Assembly: GCA_003427395.1 (NCBI GenBank)
Contig: BFEA01000042.1
Coordinates: 1,192,332-1,256,331 of the forward strand
Reading direction: 5' to 3'
Source of the DNA: Chara braunii
Taxonomy: Eukaryota; Plantae; Charophyceae
DNA length: 64,000 nucleotides
Made by a program: the position numbers and the translations under genes. A model generated the notes under the pieces. That model was not told the origin of the DNA. It saw only the letters and a program-made list of their open reading frames with translations, and did no database searches. Below, piece after piece: positions 45,967 to 59,203 of this stretch (positions are counted from its first letter, which is position 1; the number at the start of each line of letters is the position of its first letter).

Positions 45967-47549
45967 GTGACCCTTTTTCTACTGGGGGTCCGGCCGGGCT
46001 TGTGTGAAGTGGGGGCTGTGGATGAAGTGTCAATATTATGTCGATTTGAGAGCGTGAAGAAGTGGGGTTTAAGGTAGGATATCTGGCGTGTGACACTGGT
46101 GGTCAGTGGGAGTGTTAGCTATGCAGGAGCGACTTGACTGTTGGAGAGGGAGATCGAGCTGGCTGGAGAGTGAAATCTTTTTGGTGCTTGGTAGTATATA
46201 CTTAAAACTCTGACTTCTAGGAGGTGGGAAGGGTGGTTTTGTGTCTGGAGTGAAGGGGTTGGGGGATTCCTTTTGGAGGGGGGGGTTGAGACTCGATGCG
46301 GGAGGGGGGCCGTGCGAGGCGATGTGGTGATTATTGAGGGGTTTGTGTAGGATGGGCGTTGGATGTTTGGTTAGGGTCAGTGTTTGCAACCGGGAATTTT
46401 AGGAATACATAACCACACCCTCCGACCATGCCCACCCTATACCTGGCCAACCAGACTCTTACCCAGCTGTACCTGCTCGAAAAGTAAGAGACATGTACCT
46501 GTACCCACCCTAACTGAACCTCTTCAGAATGTAACTGGCCATACCCACCCGTGAACATTTTTGTTCAAAACCACCCATGGTCACTTGAACCCAAATCGCT
46601 TGTTGCCCACCCGTACCCACCCACAATTGTCAACCACTCGACTCTTGCCGCCTCTTAATGTGGTTAACGATGCCTAACGCCTGTTGCCACTGCTGATGCC
46701 GCTGCTGCCGCTCCTGATGCCCCTTGCCAAGTGCTGTGTGATCACTCCTGCGACGACGAAGGCCATGGAGGGTGTCCAACAACGGGCAGGGACGACAACA
46801 ATGGGTGGGGACCAACAATGGGTGGGAGGAATGCGGAGCATTGCGGACCAACAATGGGCGGGGAGAATGCGGGCCACGCCGAGGTGGACCGTGAGGTAGA
46901 GGCCTCGCGAACTCAAAACGAAGTCGAATTCGAGGTCGGGAGGAAATCCCCCCATTTTTTTTCCAGGCCTTGGCGTGGCCCGACAAAAAAATTGCGCAGC
47001 CTGGTCTGCATGTTTTCAAACACCGGGGAGTTGGAGAGTTGGGGACTTGGGGTGGCAGGGGGAGAGGGAGGGAGGCAGGGGGGTTGGTCTTCGATGCACT
47101 ACCTGCTGCTACGGTTACCTGAGAGAAATTGCTACCCGCCCATACACAGCTGGAACTTTTTTTAACCACCCTAAGCTGCCCATACCCTTGTGTTTTGTTT
47201 TTTGGCCGCCCATACCTGTGTTATTTTCTTTTCCGCACGCCTACCTGCCCCTACCTGCCCGTGATCTCCATCTTGGCGACTGTGCCCGTTCTCACAATGA
47301 CCAATAATTGTTTTGCCTGCCCAGACCTAATTCTCCCCTCTGGAAGGGTACCCGTCCCTGCCCACAACCCCCCGGTTATGGTTGCGTACGGTCGGGTATT
47401 GGAAACGGTTATCCGTTTGCACTATCTAGTTCGGGTTTGTCTGCATTGGGGTCTGGTATGTTGCAGGTTGATTGGAAGGGTTGTTCTTACATAAGGGCGG
47501 AAGGATTAGCCAGTTCTTGAGGATTAGGTGATCATTCTTGATTGAACGG

Positions 47550-47891
47550 CCATTTCGTCAAAATGGACATTTTTTATTTTTTGAACGAAATTGAAACTGA
47601 GTTTTTTCAACTTTTTTGGCCAAAAACTCGTCTAAATTTGCTGCTCTTGAGGGTCCGGCGTTCTTAAAACGCTGGACCCCCTGTAGGTATCTGGACCTAG
47701 CTTGAGACAAGATACATCCAGGCGGTCCCCCCTGGATGTATCCGGTCTCAAGCTTGGTCCTGATTTATCCAGGGGAAAACGCCGGACCCTCAGGAGCAGC
47801 CAAATTTAGACGAGTTTTCGGCCAAAACAGTTGAAAAAACTCAGTTTCAATTTCGTTCAAAAAATAAAAAATGTCCATTTTGACGAAATGG
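47550..47891. mobile_element. Fold-back MITE, copy 2
   Basis: Same long TIRs as 15709-16033. Confidence 0.88.
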
Positions 47892-48458
47892 TAGTTAATT
47901 GTTCCTAGGTGTCCTGATCCTAATTTTGAGGTTGTGAATTTTTGGATTATTTCTGTCTTTTTGTCGGGCATGCTCTGTAATTGTTTCTGGGTTTTCTTCC
48001 AATGTGCGTGTAGTTCTGTTTCTATTTATGTGTTTAATAATTTAATTGTGATAATTGGGTTCTCGGGAGTGGTGGGGTGATCTTGAAAAGTTTTGTCACA
48101 ACTTTTTTTCCATAATCCCCAAAGGATTCCGTTCTTGATAAGGGAGAAGAAAAATGCTTTGAAGCCTTCGAGAGGTGGGGTTTTGGTCTAACTCGAGGAA
48201 TAATGTGGCCGGGGCTTATCAGGAGTGACTTGTTTGAAAGGGTGTTCCGGGTGAGCTCTATTTTGTGCCATAGGTTCCTGGCCTTTGGGCAGTCAATGAA
48301 ACAGTGGTTTAGCATTTCCGGTATTTGTAGATTGCAGATCTTGCACCAACTTGAAGCATCTTGATCTGTTCTGTTTTGCTTGCTGCGTCTTTGTGCCAGC
48401 CAATGGTTCACTGGTACTGCCCTGAATGCTATTGGCCATCGTAGGCCGGCTAGCTTAT

Positions 48459-48608
48459 ACCACTAGCACTTCCTAAAGTTGTGCCCGTTAACGTGCCGCG
48501 ATTTTAGGAAATGTACGGGCCACTACAGGAGCACCCAAATTCATCCAACTAGAAACGTTTCTACTCTATTTTTTTCCGCGGCCGATAGCTGGGCCAAGTA
48601 CTGGTGGT
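48459..48608. mobile_element. Short ACCAC-TIR element with TTAT/TTAA flanks
   Basis: TTAT|ACCACTAGCAC...GTACTGGTGGT|TTAA. Confidence 0.65.
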
Positions 48609-49779
48609 TTAACTGACCTAGTACAAAAAATTGATGACCAGGGCGGGGTTATTTGAGATTCGCCAAGCGTGTTTTCTTCTTTTGTCCGTCTTTTTCGTAG
48701 GGTGTTAGATATTGAGGCGGGTTTTCTCCGATACCCTGCAAGGATAGGGGTTAGGACCGGACTAGGGCGAAGGCTACCATGGGACACTGGACCCGGTTTC
48801 CAGCACGATGATCTGTTTTGAAGGTTTCATGTTAAAGGTTTCAAAAGATGTATTTACGGGACGCTGGACCCGGTTTCCAGTAGGTTACGCTCCTTACCAA
48901 TCGATGACCAATAGATGGAGCACTGGGTAAAAAAGAAAAGGAAAAAAAAAAGGGGTGGGTTTAGAGAAGAGACCGTAGCCTAGTTTGGGTGTGTAGTTGG
49001 TTAGCTTGTGAAGTCGTGGTACGGTGGAGAGGCAGTTGGGGGTACCCCAGGTCCGTTCTGTTGGATCTATTTCCAGGTTTCGATATTTGACTGAGGCTTA
49101 AAAACCCTGTCCCCCCCCCCTTCAATGACCCTTCTTCTTCGCAGGTTGCTTGTTTTGAATGATCCTCTGCTCTGTCCTCTATATTTAGAAAGCTTACTGG
49201 GTTCCCTGGTTCCTCGAGGGCGAAAATGTTGCAGCAGATCCAGTTATTGTTCTTGTTTTCATAAGTTTTGAATCTTACAACCTCCAATACTGTCCCCTGG
49301 TCCTTTGTTGTGGCCGAATCACCGTATTTCCATTTCTGTTTGGATCGGAGTAGGCACCTCCATTCTATGGGGATACTCTCGATGATCTGACTAATGCTCG
49401 CTTGAAGGTGATGGGTCCCTTTCAGTGATGGCCTTAAGATCTTTTCCTTTTCTGATTTCCACACGTTGGTTGTGTCCTCCCAAAGATGTTGGATTTGCCA
49501 TATTCCTCTTTCTACCCCATGACCTCATTTGGCATCTGATTTGGAACGAGGTTTCTCCTTTCTTATTTTTGATCCAGGGATTACCGAAGAGGGGTTGTCT
49601 GAATATTTCGTCTCTTTTTTTGGGCCCTATCCTGCTATCTGGAAATATGTTTCACCAAATGCTTAGGAATCTTTAGGATTTCAATTGTCGCTGTTTGGTC
49701 CTAATCTGTGCCCAGAGGGACTTTAAGGGCTTATTATCATGTGTGTCATCTTGGATCAATTATGAGTTTTGGTTTCTAG

Positions 49780-52700
49780 AGATTCGCAATTATCGCCCCA
49801 TCACCCTCCTGCCGGTCCTACAAAATTGTGGCCAAAGCACTGTCTAACAGGCTCCTGCCGCATCTGCCACACCTCATCCATCCAGACCAATGAGGCTTTA
49901 TGCCTCATCGGAACATACAGGACAATATCCTGTTGGTTAATGAAACGATCAGATATGCAAGGCAACGCCAAGTGGACGCAGCGATCCTGTTCATTGACTT
50001 CGAGAAAGCATACGATCACGTGGACTGGGATTTTTTGCAGATGTGTCTTCACAAAATACACTTTGGTCCCCTTTTCTGCAGATGTATCGACATACTGTGA
50101 CGAACCACTTTCTGTAACGCGCGATTTTCTGCGCGGTTGCAACGAGGGGTCCTAAGCTGGGAAGATTGGGCCAATTACGAGAAATCGGGATCGGTGGAAA
50201 AATTGCATTAGTACCCTTGCTTTTTCATCTTTTTTGTCGCTTCTTGTCGAATGACTGGGTTCGGAGCTGGGTGTGTCCTGGGACGGCCGGTTGAGTGATT
50301 GGTCGGATGGATGTCTGGCGCGCCACCACGCGCGCAATTAATAAATGTTGACGTTGTTTCTTTCGTTTCGGTTTCGATCTTTTGGGCGCGGACATCGCGC
50401 GGGAAATTGCTTCGTTCTTTTGAATTTTTCCTTTGAGTCTTTTTCGAATTTTGTCGAGCCCCCCCCCCCCTCTCTTGATGGCTCTCGGAATTTTGGACTT
50501 TCCTTTTGGAATTTATGCTTTTTGCTTTTTCGCATCAGATAGGAATTTAGGAATTTAGTAATTAGGACTTTTTCTGCCGCGTGGCGCCTTTTGTCTACGC
50601 GCTTCTTCATGCGGCTGCAACGGTACTCTGATTAGTGGGCGCCCTTAATCGTGTGCGTAACTGTAATTTTGGGCGGGCGCCATTGTAACTGTATCTTTCT
50701 TCTTGCACTTCGTCTCTCCCGCCCTCCCTCTCTTTCTTTTGCTGAAATTTTCGTAGGCCGTCTTGCATGCTCGGATCGATGAGTGGAGAAGGGTTACGTC
50801 CCCCACGCCACGGCCCGATCATGCAGAACGCAGGCGCTCCCTCTCTAATCTTCACTCTAAGTCTTGGCAATTCCGTGATCTTCGCGCATGCATGCACACT
50901 ATAAATTTCAGTTGCGCGATTAGTTAGCTCTCTTAACCCGTTGTTGGAAGCTCGGGGTTGCGCGATCAGGAAGGGTCGGCACACGAGCGAAGTAAGAGGT
51001 GAGTAGAGTAGGAGTTGGGCGACCCGATGGGCTGGTGCCGAACGCGCGGGATTGACGTGGGCCACGACGGACTGTGGGCACGGGCGAATCCGACGGGTGC
51101 GGGAGGACTAAGCGGGGTGACAACTTCGTGGGTTGGTGCGTGACGACGGACTGTCCGCATCGGAGGAGAAAGAGAGAGAAGGAGAGAGTTGAGGTCGATG
51201 GACGCGGATTTGCTGTTTCTTTGTCTCTTCCCTCTCTTTATCTGTGTACATACATTTTGATTGCGGCTCCGGGCGGTTTTGCCCGTTCTTATTTCCGTTT
51301 CGGCTTTCTGAAATTTGGGCTTGGGTTTTTGCTCACACTTGTCTTTGCTCGCATCATGTGTGTGATTATCGAATGTATGGATGTGTGGACGTTATGCCTG
51401 CTTGTCTATCTTTTTGCTGAGAATCCCTGTCCTTGCTTTTTGTTTGTGTCGAATCTTTGCCCACACCTGAGGCAGTTGTACATGGGATAGGAATCTGGCC
51501 CCGATAGCGATTTGTTCTCGTTTTTGCTTATCTCACGGTGGGGGTTGTGATAGGGTTGCATCTTGCATAATCGAAACTTCCGAAGCAATTAGACGATCCG
51601 AAGTCTGGTCCCGCGAACGCCGCGCGAGAACACGTGTAGACGCGATCTGAGTCGAGTCCTTACACACGTTCCCGTGCGTCGATTCGCTCACCCAAAAAGA
51701 CTCGCGGCGGCGCCGTCATCCCGTACGAGCACACCGCACGTGCTCGTGCGCGGTAACGATATCTCGACCCGAGCTATCCCATCGACGATGGTACCATGAC
51801 GAGATCTTGGAGCTCAGATTCATCCTACGACCCGGACTATTTCACCCCTTTGATAAACGAGCTCATAAGAACACGATACCCCTGTCACATGGAGAATCGA
51901 CTATGTCCGCGGGAGTTCCACTGCGCCACCTCTAGCGACCATCGGTGCTCTGATTTCCCTTCCCCCGACCACACCTACTACTTCACCCACCCGGGATTTG
52001 TTGTCATCACCACCAGTTTCCCTCCTTTCCGCCTTCTTCTCCCGTATCATCAACTTAGCGTCGTTCCGTGGCCGGCCATAGCCCCCTGTTGGCCCAATAC
52101 GTTTTGTGTGAATTGCCGACATAGCGGCGAACAGAGAACTCCGGAATTCCGAAGGCCCAACCCAGGTACGCGGCGGCCTGCGCCACGTGGCGGCCCCCGA
52201 CGGGCCAACTTTTCGGGACCGCCTCCACCGCGGAGGGATCGCCTAATTGTATTCATACCCTTAAGACTCCCCCACTTTCCCAAAAATCCTTGGCACACCC
52301 CTTTTCGCACTTCCAGGCCCATACCCCACTCCGATCAGGAAGTCGCGCTGGGCGTGAGGTTGGGCGTCACAATACTACATAGAACAACATCCACTAACAT
52401 CTCACTAAATGGTCACTTGGCAGCTCCGTTCCAGCTACAGAGATCTGTACGCCAAGGGGACCCGGTAGCCCCGATGCTGTTCGTTTTAGTAATGGAGGCC
52501 TTGGCGGCAATGATCAGGTCGAACCCGGACATCCAAAAAATCGAAGTCCAGGATATACCGGACCACCATATCCCCACTACCTCATTGTTTGCCGATGACC
52601 TTACGATCCTCTTCAGGGCCAACGAACAAAGCGTTAGGGCAGTGGCTCACACCATCCACCTCTTTGAAATTGCGGCAGATATGAAGGTGAATTGGGGAAC

Positions 52701-54790
52701 GAAAACAGAAGGATGGTGGCTGCACCACCTCTAGAAACAACCGCCGCCTCAACCACCAGTTACTTGGAAAGACAAGGAAGCAGCCATTAGGATTCTTGGG
52801 GTTAATATCACAACCTTGGGCCCCCCGCACGATCATGGAGATTCTTTCGTCGACCTGGCCATCCACCGGATGTCCCTGTGGGATGCTAAACCAACCTCGC
52901 TGGTCGGCAGGGCCCTCGTAATTAATAATGCCATATTTGTTTCGATCTGGTACAAAGTGGCCTTCTGGCCTCTCACCAAAAATCAGCTCACCAAATTAAA
53001 ACAAGCGGCAGCAGCCTACCTGTGGAAAAATGACCATGAGGACATTCGCTGTATCAAGAGAGTAGCTTGGGAAACCATCATCCAACCGAGACCCAAAGGG
53101 GGTCTCGGAATTATAGATCCTGAGCAAGAAATCAGGGCCCTCATCTTTAAAGTCCTCATCAGATTGTTGCTAGGCAATGGCATACCCTGGGCTCCGTACG
53201 CAAGAATTCAGATCGCCTGCTTGGCCCCCCGATCTCCGGAGGACCATCCAGTGCATCCCTTCCAATGGATAACAAACCCGGACTGGTCCATCCCGTTCTG
53301 CCCAAAAGACCGCCCAGACATGAGTCATGCATATAGGGCAAAAAAGGATACCAAAGTTTATCCGTTGTGGCCATCCCTTCTCAAACTGTGGAGGGAGATG
53401 GGCCCGATGAGAACAAAAACACCGCTCAGGTGACATGACATCAGACGGCAGCCTCTTTTTGGACATTCCCAAATAAAAGATCAAGGGGGACAACCCTTCT
53501 CTCTGCGCACAAAGTCAAAATGGTTGAAGTGGGTGAGGAAAGGAGATATTCTGAACAATTGGGATGCAAATGAAACAATCAGATTTAAATAGGCCGCCTC
53601 CCCAATCTCTCCCAGGAGCTTCGGGAGATGCAAGAGGCTATCCCTCTGGCTTGGGTTAAGGCCCTGAAAAAAGGCCCGAACCTACTAAAGGGGGACTGGG
53701 TGGTCCACACAGACGCCCTCCTCCTTCCGATGACGGTGTACAGGGTGCAGACAGTCCAATCTGGGATTCTGCATCTGGAGGCGCACTGCCCGGCCCTCCC
53801 GGGGGCCCGTTGGTCCCAGGTCCACCGACAAGAGGACCTAGACTGCGACGCCCCTCTGTCGGAGGTGATCAGAGTCAAAGTGATAGAAGATGACGATGGC
53901 TGCCTGTTTGTGTATGAACCCACTGTCCCCTTGTCCCATTTACCTTTTGACCCTGAAGAATGGGAATGGGACATGGGTCCTACCTCTATGATGAAACCCT
54001 GGCAATACACTGTTAAGCAAGGATACAGATTCCAAAGGAATGGTTCCGGTGATGGACAACATTCGAAGGAGATGGGAACGTGACTCCCCATTGAATAGGG
54101 AGGACCTCCACTCCTTTCCTGGGCTGCATATACCCATATCCAACCAACGAACCATAGAGCATTGCAGTGGCAAATCATACACAGATGCCTCCCAACCCCG
54201 GAGTGGTTAACCAACAGGACACATATGGAACAGGACGGCCTCCTATCACCCCTTTGCTCCTTTTGTGAAGGCGCAGTTCCCAGAAAACGGGCAACTCTGG
54301 AGCATTGCCTCCTGGACTGCCCCATGGTGTCAAGACTTTTCACCGCTTCCCATGGTCGCTGCAGGCGCTCTTGTTTGGCACCCTCCCTCATGGGACCACA
54401 GCCCAATGGTCGCCGTTCATGCTAAATCTCTTTCACTTTATACGCCTCGCTGTATTGATGGAAGCCTGGAGAATGAGATGCTCACATGAAAGGCAACAAC
54501 AATCATTCGACCTCATTCAAGCCAAGGAGTCCATAGCAGAGACAATAACTGTGATGACCCAAGAAGCTTGGAAACACATGCGTGACAGACTTGCGCAAGA
54601 ACAGGACGAGTTAAAACGGAGACAACTAATACAGAACTTCTCGGAGTCATGGCTCGACCGCAACAACAGACTATGCTCACTGAATCAAAACAATACACTT
54701 CAGTGGCAACCCTGGCTTTCCACTGAAAACCAGTGGTGCTTTGAACCAATTGACACCTTTGTAATAGCCTTCCGGCCCACCAACTTCCTC
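49780..54790 (+). mobile_element. Degenerate LINE subfamily C (RT to C-terminus), split by a solo LTR
   Basis: NYRPITL, FIDFEKAYD, SVRQGDP, LFADD, GGLGIID, GDWV, DPEEWEW, CSFC...EHCLLDC. Confidence 0.92.
50096..52371. mobile_element. Large solo LTR (~2.3 kb)
   Basis: TGTGACG...CGTCACA termini with ATAC duplication; the LINE frame CIDIL|HRTTSTN rejoins across it. Confidence 0.85.
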
Positions 54791-54795
54791 CTCAT

Positions 54796-54855
54796 CCCTG
54801 GCTTTCCAAATGACAACCCTGGCTTTCCAAATTGACAACCCTGGCTTTCCAAATG
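54796..54855. repeat. Three tandem ~21-bp units
   Basis: CCCTGGCTTTCCAAAT(T)GACAA repeated. Confidence 0.85.
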
Positions 54856-56750
54856 CATTCAATCAAGGTGGCGGAGGTCCTGAAGGGGAGGGATGATCGG
54901 AGGGACCGGATGTGGGGGGGGCGCTCTAGTGCTCGTTTTCGATAAGTACGAAATTTGTTGGTTTGGCTTTCTTCGCCGTTCGGCTTCCCCTGTTCATAGT
55001 CTGCTTCATGTTTTTTTTTCCGGAATGCAGCTCCTCGAGGCCTTCTCCTTTTTGAACTCTGCTTTTGGTTTGCTCATGTACAGTCTCAGTTCGCGTGGTG
55101 CCTTAGCCCTTTGCCTTCGCCTTTTGACTTTCCCTGTTTGTAGTCTGCTTCGTGTTTTTGTTAGGAATGCAGCTCCGCGAGGCCCTTTCTCTTTTGGCCT
55201 CTGCTTTTTGTTTGCTCATGTATGCAGCAGTATGCTACTACACTTTCCGTTAGCGTGATGGCACAGCCTTTGCCTTTGCAAAAGGTGGGATCTTTCAGCT
55301 CTCTCACCTGACAGAGTTGCTTATTCTTCAGTTCATACACCGTATGTTCCCCTTCTGCCTTCTGGGCTGCATCCTTGGTGGGCTTTTAGCCTCGTCTGAT
55401 AGGTTGCTGGGGTTCATCTAATCCACTGCCTTCCCCTCTAGAGGGTCGGCTGGCTATGCCTTCTCAAGGGGGGGCACAGCGATTCTTGTAAGGGACGCCG
55501 AGCTCGTTTCCCGGCTTGTCAAATGAAATTGCTGTAATGGTCTTCAAAATCACAGACTGAGAACTCTGCTGATTTCTGAGTTTTGCCGCTGGAATGTCTG
55601 ACTTGCCGAGATTCCCGGTTTCTGCTGAGATTTCTGAGTCTGTGTGTGTGTGTGCTTGCTGGAGGAGCACAAAGTTTACGATCATCCACTTTGATCATGC
55701 CACTAGGCATTTGATTCAAGCATTGGACAACGATTCGAAGACTTCGTCGCATTGCATGATTGATTGGGTGTGTGTGAGACCCGCCAGGGTATTTGTATGT
55801 TTGGAAGGCCCTCGGGCCCAGTACTTACCTGTCGCTGTGACTGGGGGCGGGGTTGCAGCGTGGTGTAGCGGCAGGCTAGGCGCACACAGCTGGAAAAACA
55901 CTCAAGTAGCGGGTAGTTTAGGCCGCTTAGGTAGGAAATACTTGAGTAGAGGGTTAGGCAGAAAAGGACAAAAAGTTAGTACATTTATAGGAGGCCAAGT
56001 GAATTTTAAAAAGTCCGGTAGGCCTAGGTCTAGGGGTACCAGTCCAATAGTCTGAGTCTAGGGCCTGTCGCGGATGATATCAGACCTGCAATGATGTTTC
56101 CCTCCGAAAGGAGGAAGGTACCAGATGCTTGGGAGGCCGAGCGGCCTGGAAAGTCACCACCCAAGAGGCAAACTGCCCGGTATATCTTTCAGGAGAGCAA
56201 AGAGTTCGGCCTCATTTTGCGGTGTGCAAGTTTGGCATCACGCTGCTGGAGCGAGCGCTGGCCAAGTCCAGTGCTGGGGAGGAGGAGGGAGACTGGGCGC
56301 TCCAGCTCCAGCTATGGCGGAGCAGCCCAGGTAGGAGGAGGAGAAGAGGTGGGCTAGGAGGAGAGTGACTTGGGTACTTACCTGACTAAGGTAGTCGGCA
56401 TCTTCATCTTCTTGGTTGGTTCTGCACCGAGAAGGGCCCAGTGGGGGTGCGCTGCTTCAAGGAAGACGTCAGGGCAGAGCTAGGCATCGCGGTCGTAGTA
56501 GAGGGGACATATCAAATATGCCCTTGCAGGCGGGCACTCTTGAAGCTTCAAGAGTTCGTCCGAAGGGCAACTTCTGACCCCTCTTTAATAGGGAGATGAA
56601 GAGCACTTTTCCATAGTTAGTGCAGTGATGACACACTCTCGATGTTTTCGAGGGTGCCTCTCACAACACTTGGGATTTCAAGCCGCCGTGTCAAGAGTTA
56701 GTGCAGCAGAGGAACGCATGATTTATCAAGATTCGCCAACCTACTAACAT

Positions 56751-56808
56751 GTACCGATCTCGGCCTTTTGCTCAGATCAAGTGTAGTATCTGTTCTGATC
56801 AGTTTACT
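56751..56808 (+). pseudogene. U2: 5' fragment of U2 snRNA
   Basis: TCTCGGCCTTTTG..AGATCAAGTGTAGTATCTGTTCTGATCAGTTTA includes the branch-point recognition sequence GTAGTA; similarity fades after ~60 nt. Confidence 0.88.
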
Positions 56809-57415
56809 ACGTTACAGTAACTGTGATTTCTATTCTTCTGATCAACTCCTGTTTGGTCTGTGCTTGCAGCCCCAGTCCACTGGAGTGTTGTAGTCAAGTC
56901 CTCTGTGTGTGTGGATGCTCTTATCACCTCACGACAGAGGACAGATGAAAAAAGGAAAAAATACCTCACACCAGACGGGCAGGAAAAAAAAGAAAAGAAA
57001 AGAACACTCATGTCACTGCTAGTAAACCAGTGATGGGTGGGATAGATCGTGCGTTCAAGATCCAGTCCTGCCATCCTGTTTTCGCCACATGTACTTTCTG
57101 ATTAGGGATCATATGTTCAAATCCTGATACCTGCTTTGAAAAAATAACGAATTGCAGCAGCAGGAAGTGGACGTAGATGATCAGAATGAGTCCAGGACAT
57201 GCGTAGTCGGAGGACAATAATGCTGATATTACCAGTGCGCAAGGCTGATATTACCAATACGAAGATTGAGGCCGGGGTCCTCACAGTCTACCCGAAGTGA
57301 CCGAACCAAACTTTCTGAGAACCAGGCTCAGCGTCCCTCATATTATGATGATGATGATGATGATGAACTTCTGCTGATCCTTTGTAAACTACTAAACCAT
57401 GAGATAATAATACAA

Positions 57416-57460
<45 letters not shown>

Positions 57461-57556
57461 TGTCCTTCATTCTAAGAGCAAGATTCTCCCATGTGATAGC
57501 GTTTTTTTCCTTCCTTTTTTTGGGGATGTCATCACTTATACAAGGATGGGAATCCA

Positions 57557-57628
57557 GCAGCCTAACTCAGTTCGTAAGGCTTGCGAGTGGCCTTCAGGAG
57601 ATTGTGGGTTCAATCCCCATTGACGTCA
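57557..57628 (+). other. tRNA-derived (SINE-like) head, copy 2
   Basis: GCAGCCTAACTCAGTTCGTA...GTGGCCTTCAGGAGATTGTGGGTTCAATCCCCATTGACGTCA is colinear with 26190-26263. Confidence 0.7.
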
Positions 57629-58218
57629 TGTACCTTCTTTTGGGCATGCTTGGTGCCCGCCACCTAGAGATAGACCACTGGATCCCCCGATGGGCATTGA
57701 GCAGAGTCTGTTGATGTTCGTAGGGGGGGGAGACCTGACCGGAGGCACAGGGATTGGTCCTGTTGGTATGGTCCCGATGCTACCGGCTGTCCCCTGGTCG
57801 GTATCGCCCACCTGCAGGTCAGGAGCAGCCCCCACATGTTCTCTCGGGAACACTGTTCTGGATACTACGGGGTTCCCTGTACGACTATAATATATAGGAG
57901 TAGTGGTACGTAGGTAGTGTGAGGTGAAATTGAGAGAAGAATGTAGCTTACTTTGAAAAAAAAAAGAAAAAAAAGACTGGGAACCAGGCCCACTGTCCCT
58001 CACATCTTCTGCTGCAACCATTGGGTCCAGCCAGGCGCTCCTGGCCAGGTTTAGTCCTGTTGTGTTATTTGCTCTGATAGGAAAACCACCAGTCCTTCGG
58101 GGGCTCTTTTTCCAGGCCCAGATTTCTGCTGTGCACCAAAAAAAAAGAAATCGGAGTGGGCCTGAAAATAGCTTTTTTGGGGGGGGTAACTAGGGTGCAG
58201 TCACAATTTCAGATTTTA

Positions 58219-58424
58219 ACCACTAGTACCTCTGCCGAGTGGGAAAATACTAAAATAGGGAAAACCGGCAGTTTTCCCAAACTCCTGAAAAATCGGAGAC
58301 TGGGCCCGACGACGGCTGCCGTTGATAAATCTCATCGGCGGCTGTCCTTTCGTTCCGGTCTCCTAAAAGGTCGACGGCCCAGCCGAAGCCCGCTATTTTC
58401 CCAACCGGCAAAGGTGCTAGTGGT
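58219..58424. mobile_element. ACCAC-TIR MITE
   Basis: ACCACTAGTACCTCTGCCG...CGGCAAAGGTGCTAGTGGT; homologous to the element at 14948. Confidence 0.75.
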
Positions 58425-59135
58425 TTCCACTTCAGGCGTCCCTCGAATACAACACATCCCCACCCGACCCTAAAGCTGTGTTGTATACATTCGCAATTTT
58501 CCTCAGTTTGGCACAACATTCGCAAAATCGTTGACTGAAATGCAGTTTCAACTGAAACCATGACAGGGCACTTGTTTTCCCTTTTTTTCCCCTTTATTTG
58601 AAACACCACCACTGGGATAGAGGCCTTGCACAAGGGCCTTTCAAAAAAAAAAAAAAAAAAAAAAAAAAAAACAGAGATAGTGTTGAGATGTCATCACTGA
58701 ACAGACCGGCCGGAGGTATTTCAGAAGTATGCGAATTGAGCTTATCTCATTCAACTCCTATCTCAGTTTTTTTTTTTTTTTTTCAGACAAATGCTCCAAT
58801 CTATTTGTGGGGAGCAGCACGTGCTGCGAGAGTGCTTGGAGTTCATCCTCAAGCTCTTTTTTTTTTTTTTTTTCTGCATCTGAGTTGAAACTCAGGTCTG
58901 TCTTCCAAGTTCCAACAGTTCATTTTGGTGTGCCAACCAAGCTAGAAAGCAAATTGTTGCTAGCCTAAGGCCTGTTGATACAAATGATTGCGTCCCTTGG
59001 CCTGGTGCCCCAGCCTTTTGTCGGGTACGCCAAACCCAGAAGGACTATGCCTGGTAACCTCCACGCCGGAACAAAATATCTGGGAGAGTGACTGTTGTTC
59101 TCACTCCTGTTACATCTTCTATAATTGTCTTATCA

Positions 59136-59203
<68 letters not shown>

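Larger units (their letters stand above)
47500..49680 (-). mobile_element. Degenerate LINE subfamily D (ORF2 C-terminal half) with nested insertions
   Basis: RQPLFGNPW-like segment near 49590, LKGTHHLQ, PVNHWL, CKIC...NHCFIDC. Confidence 0.8.

Noticed and set aside
49600-49800. 5'-inverted (twin-primed) LINE
   Set aside because: The divergent copies belong to different subfamilies and cover overlapping ORF2 regions.
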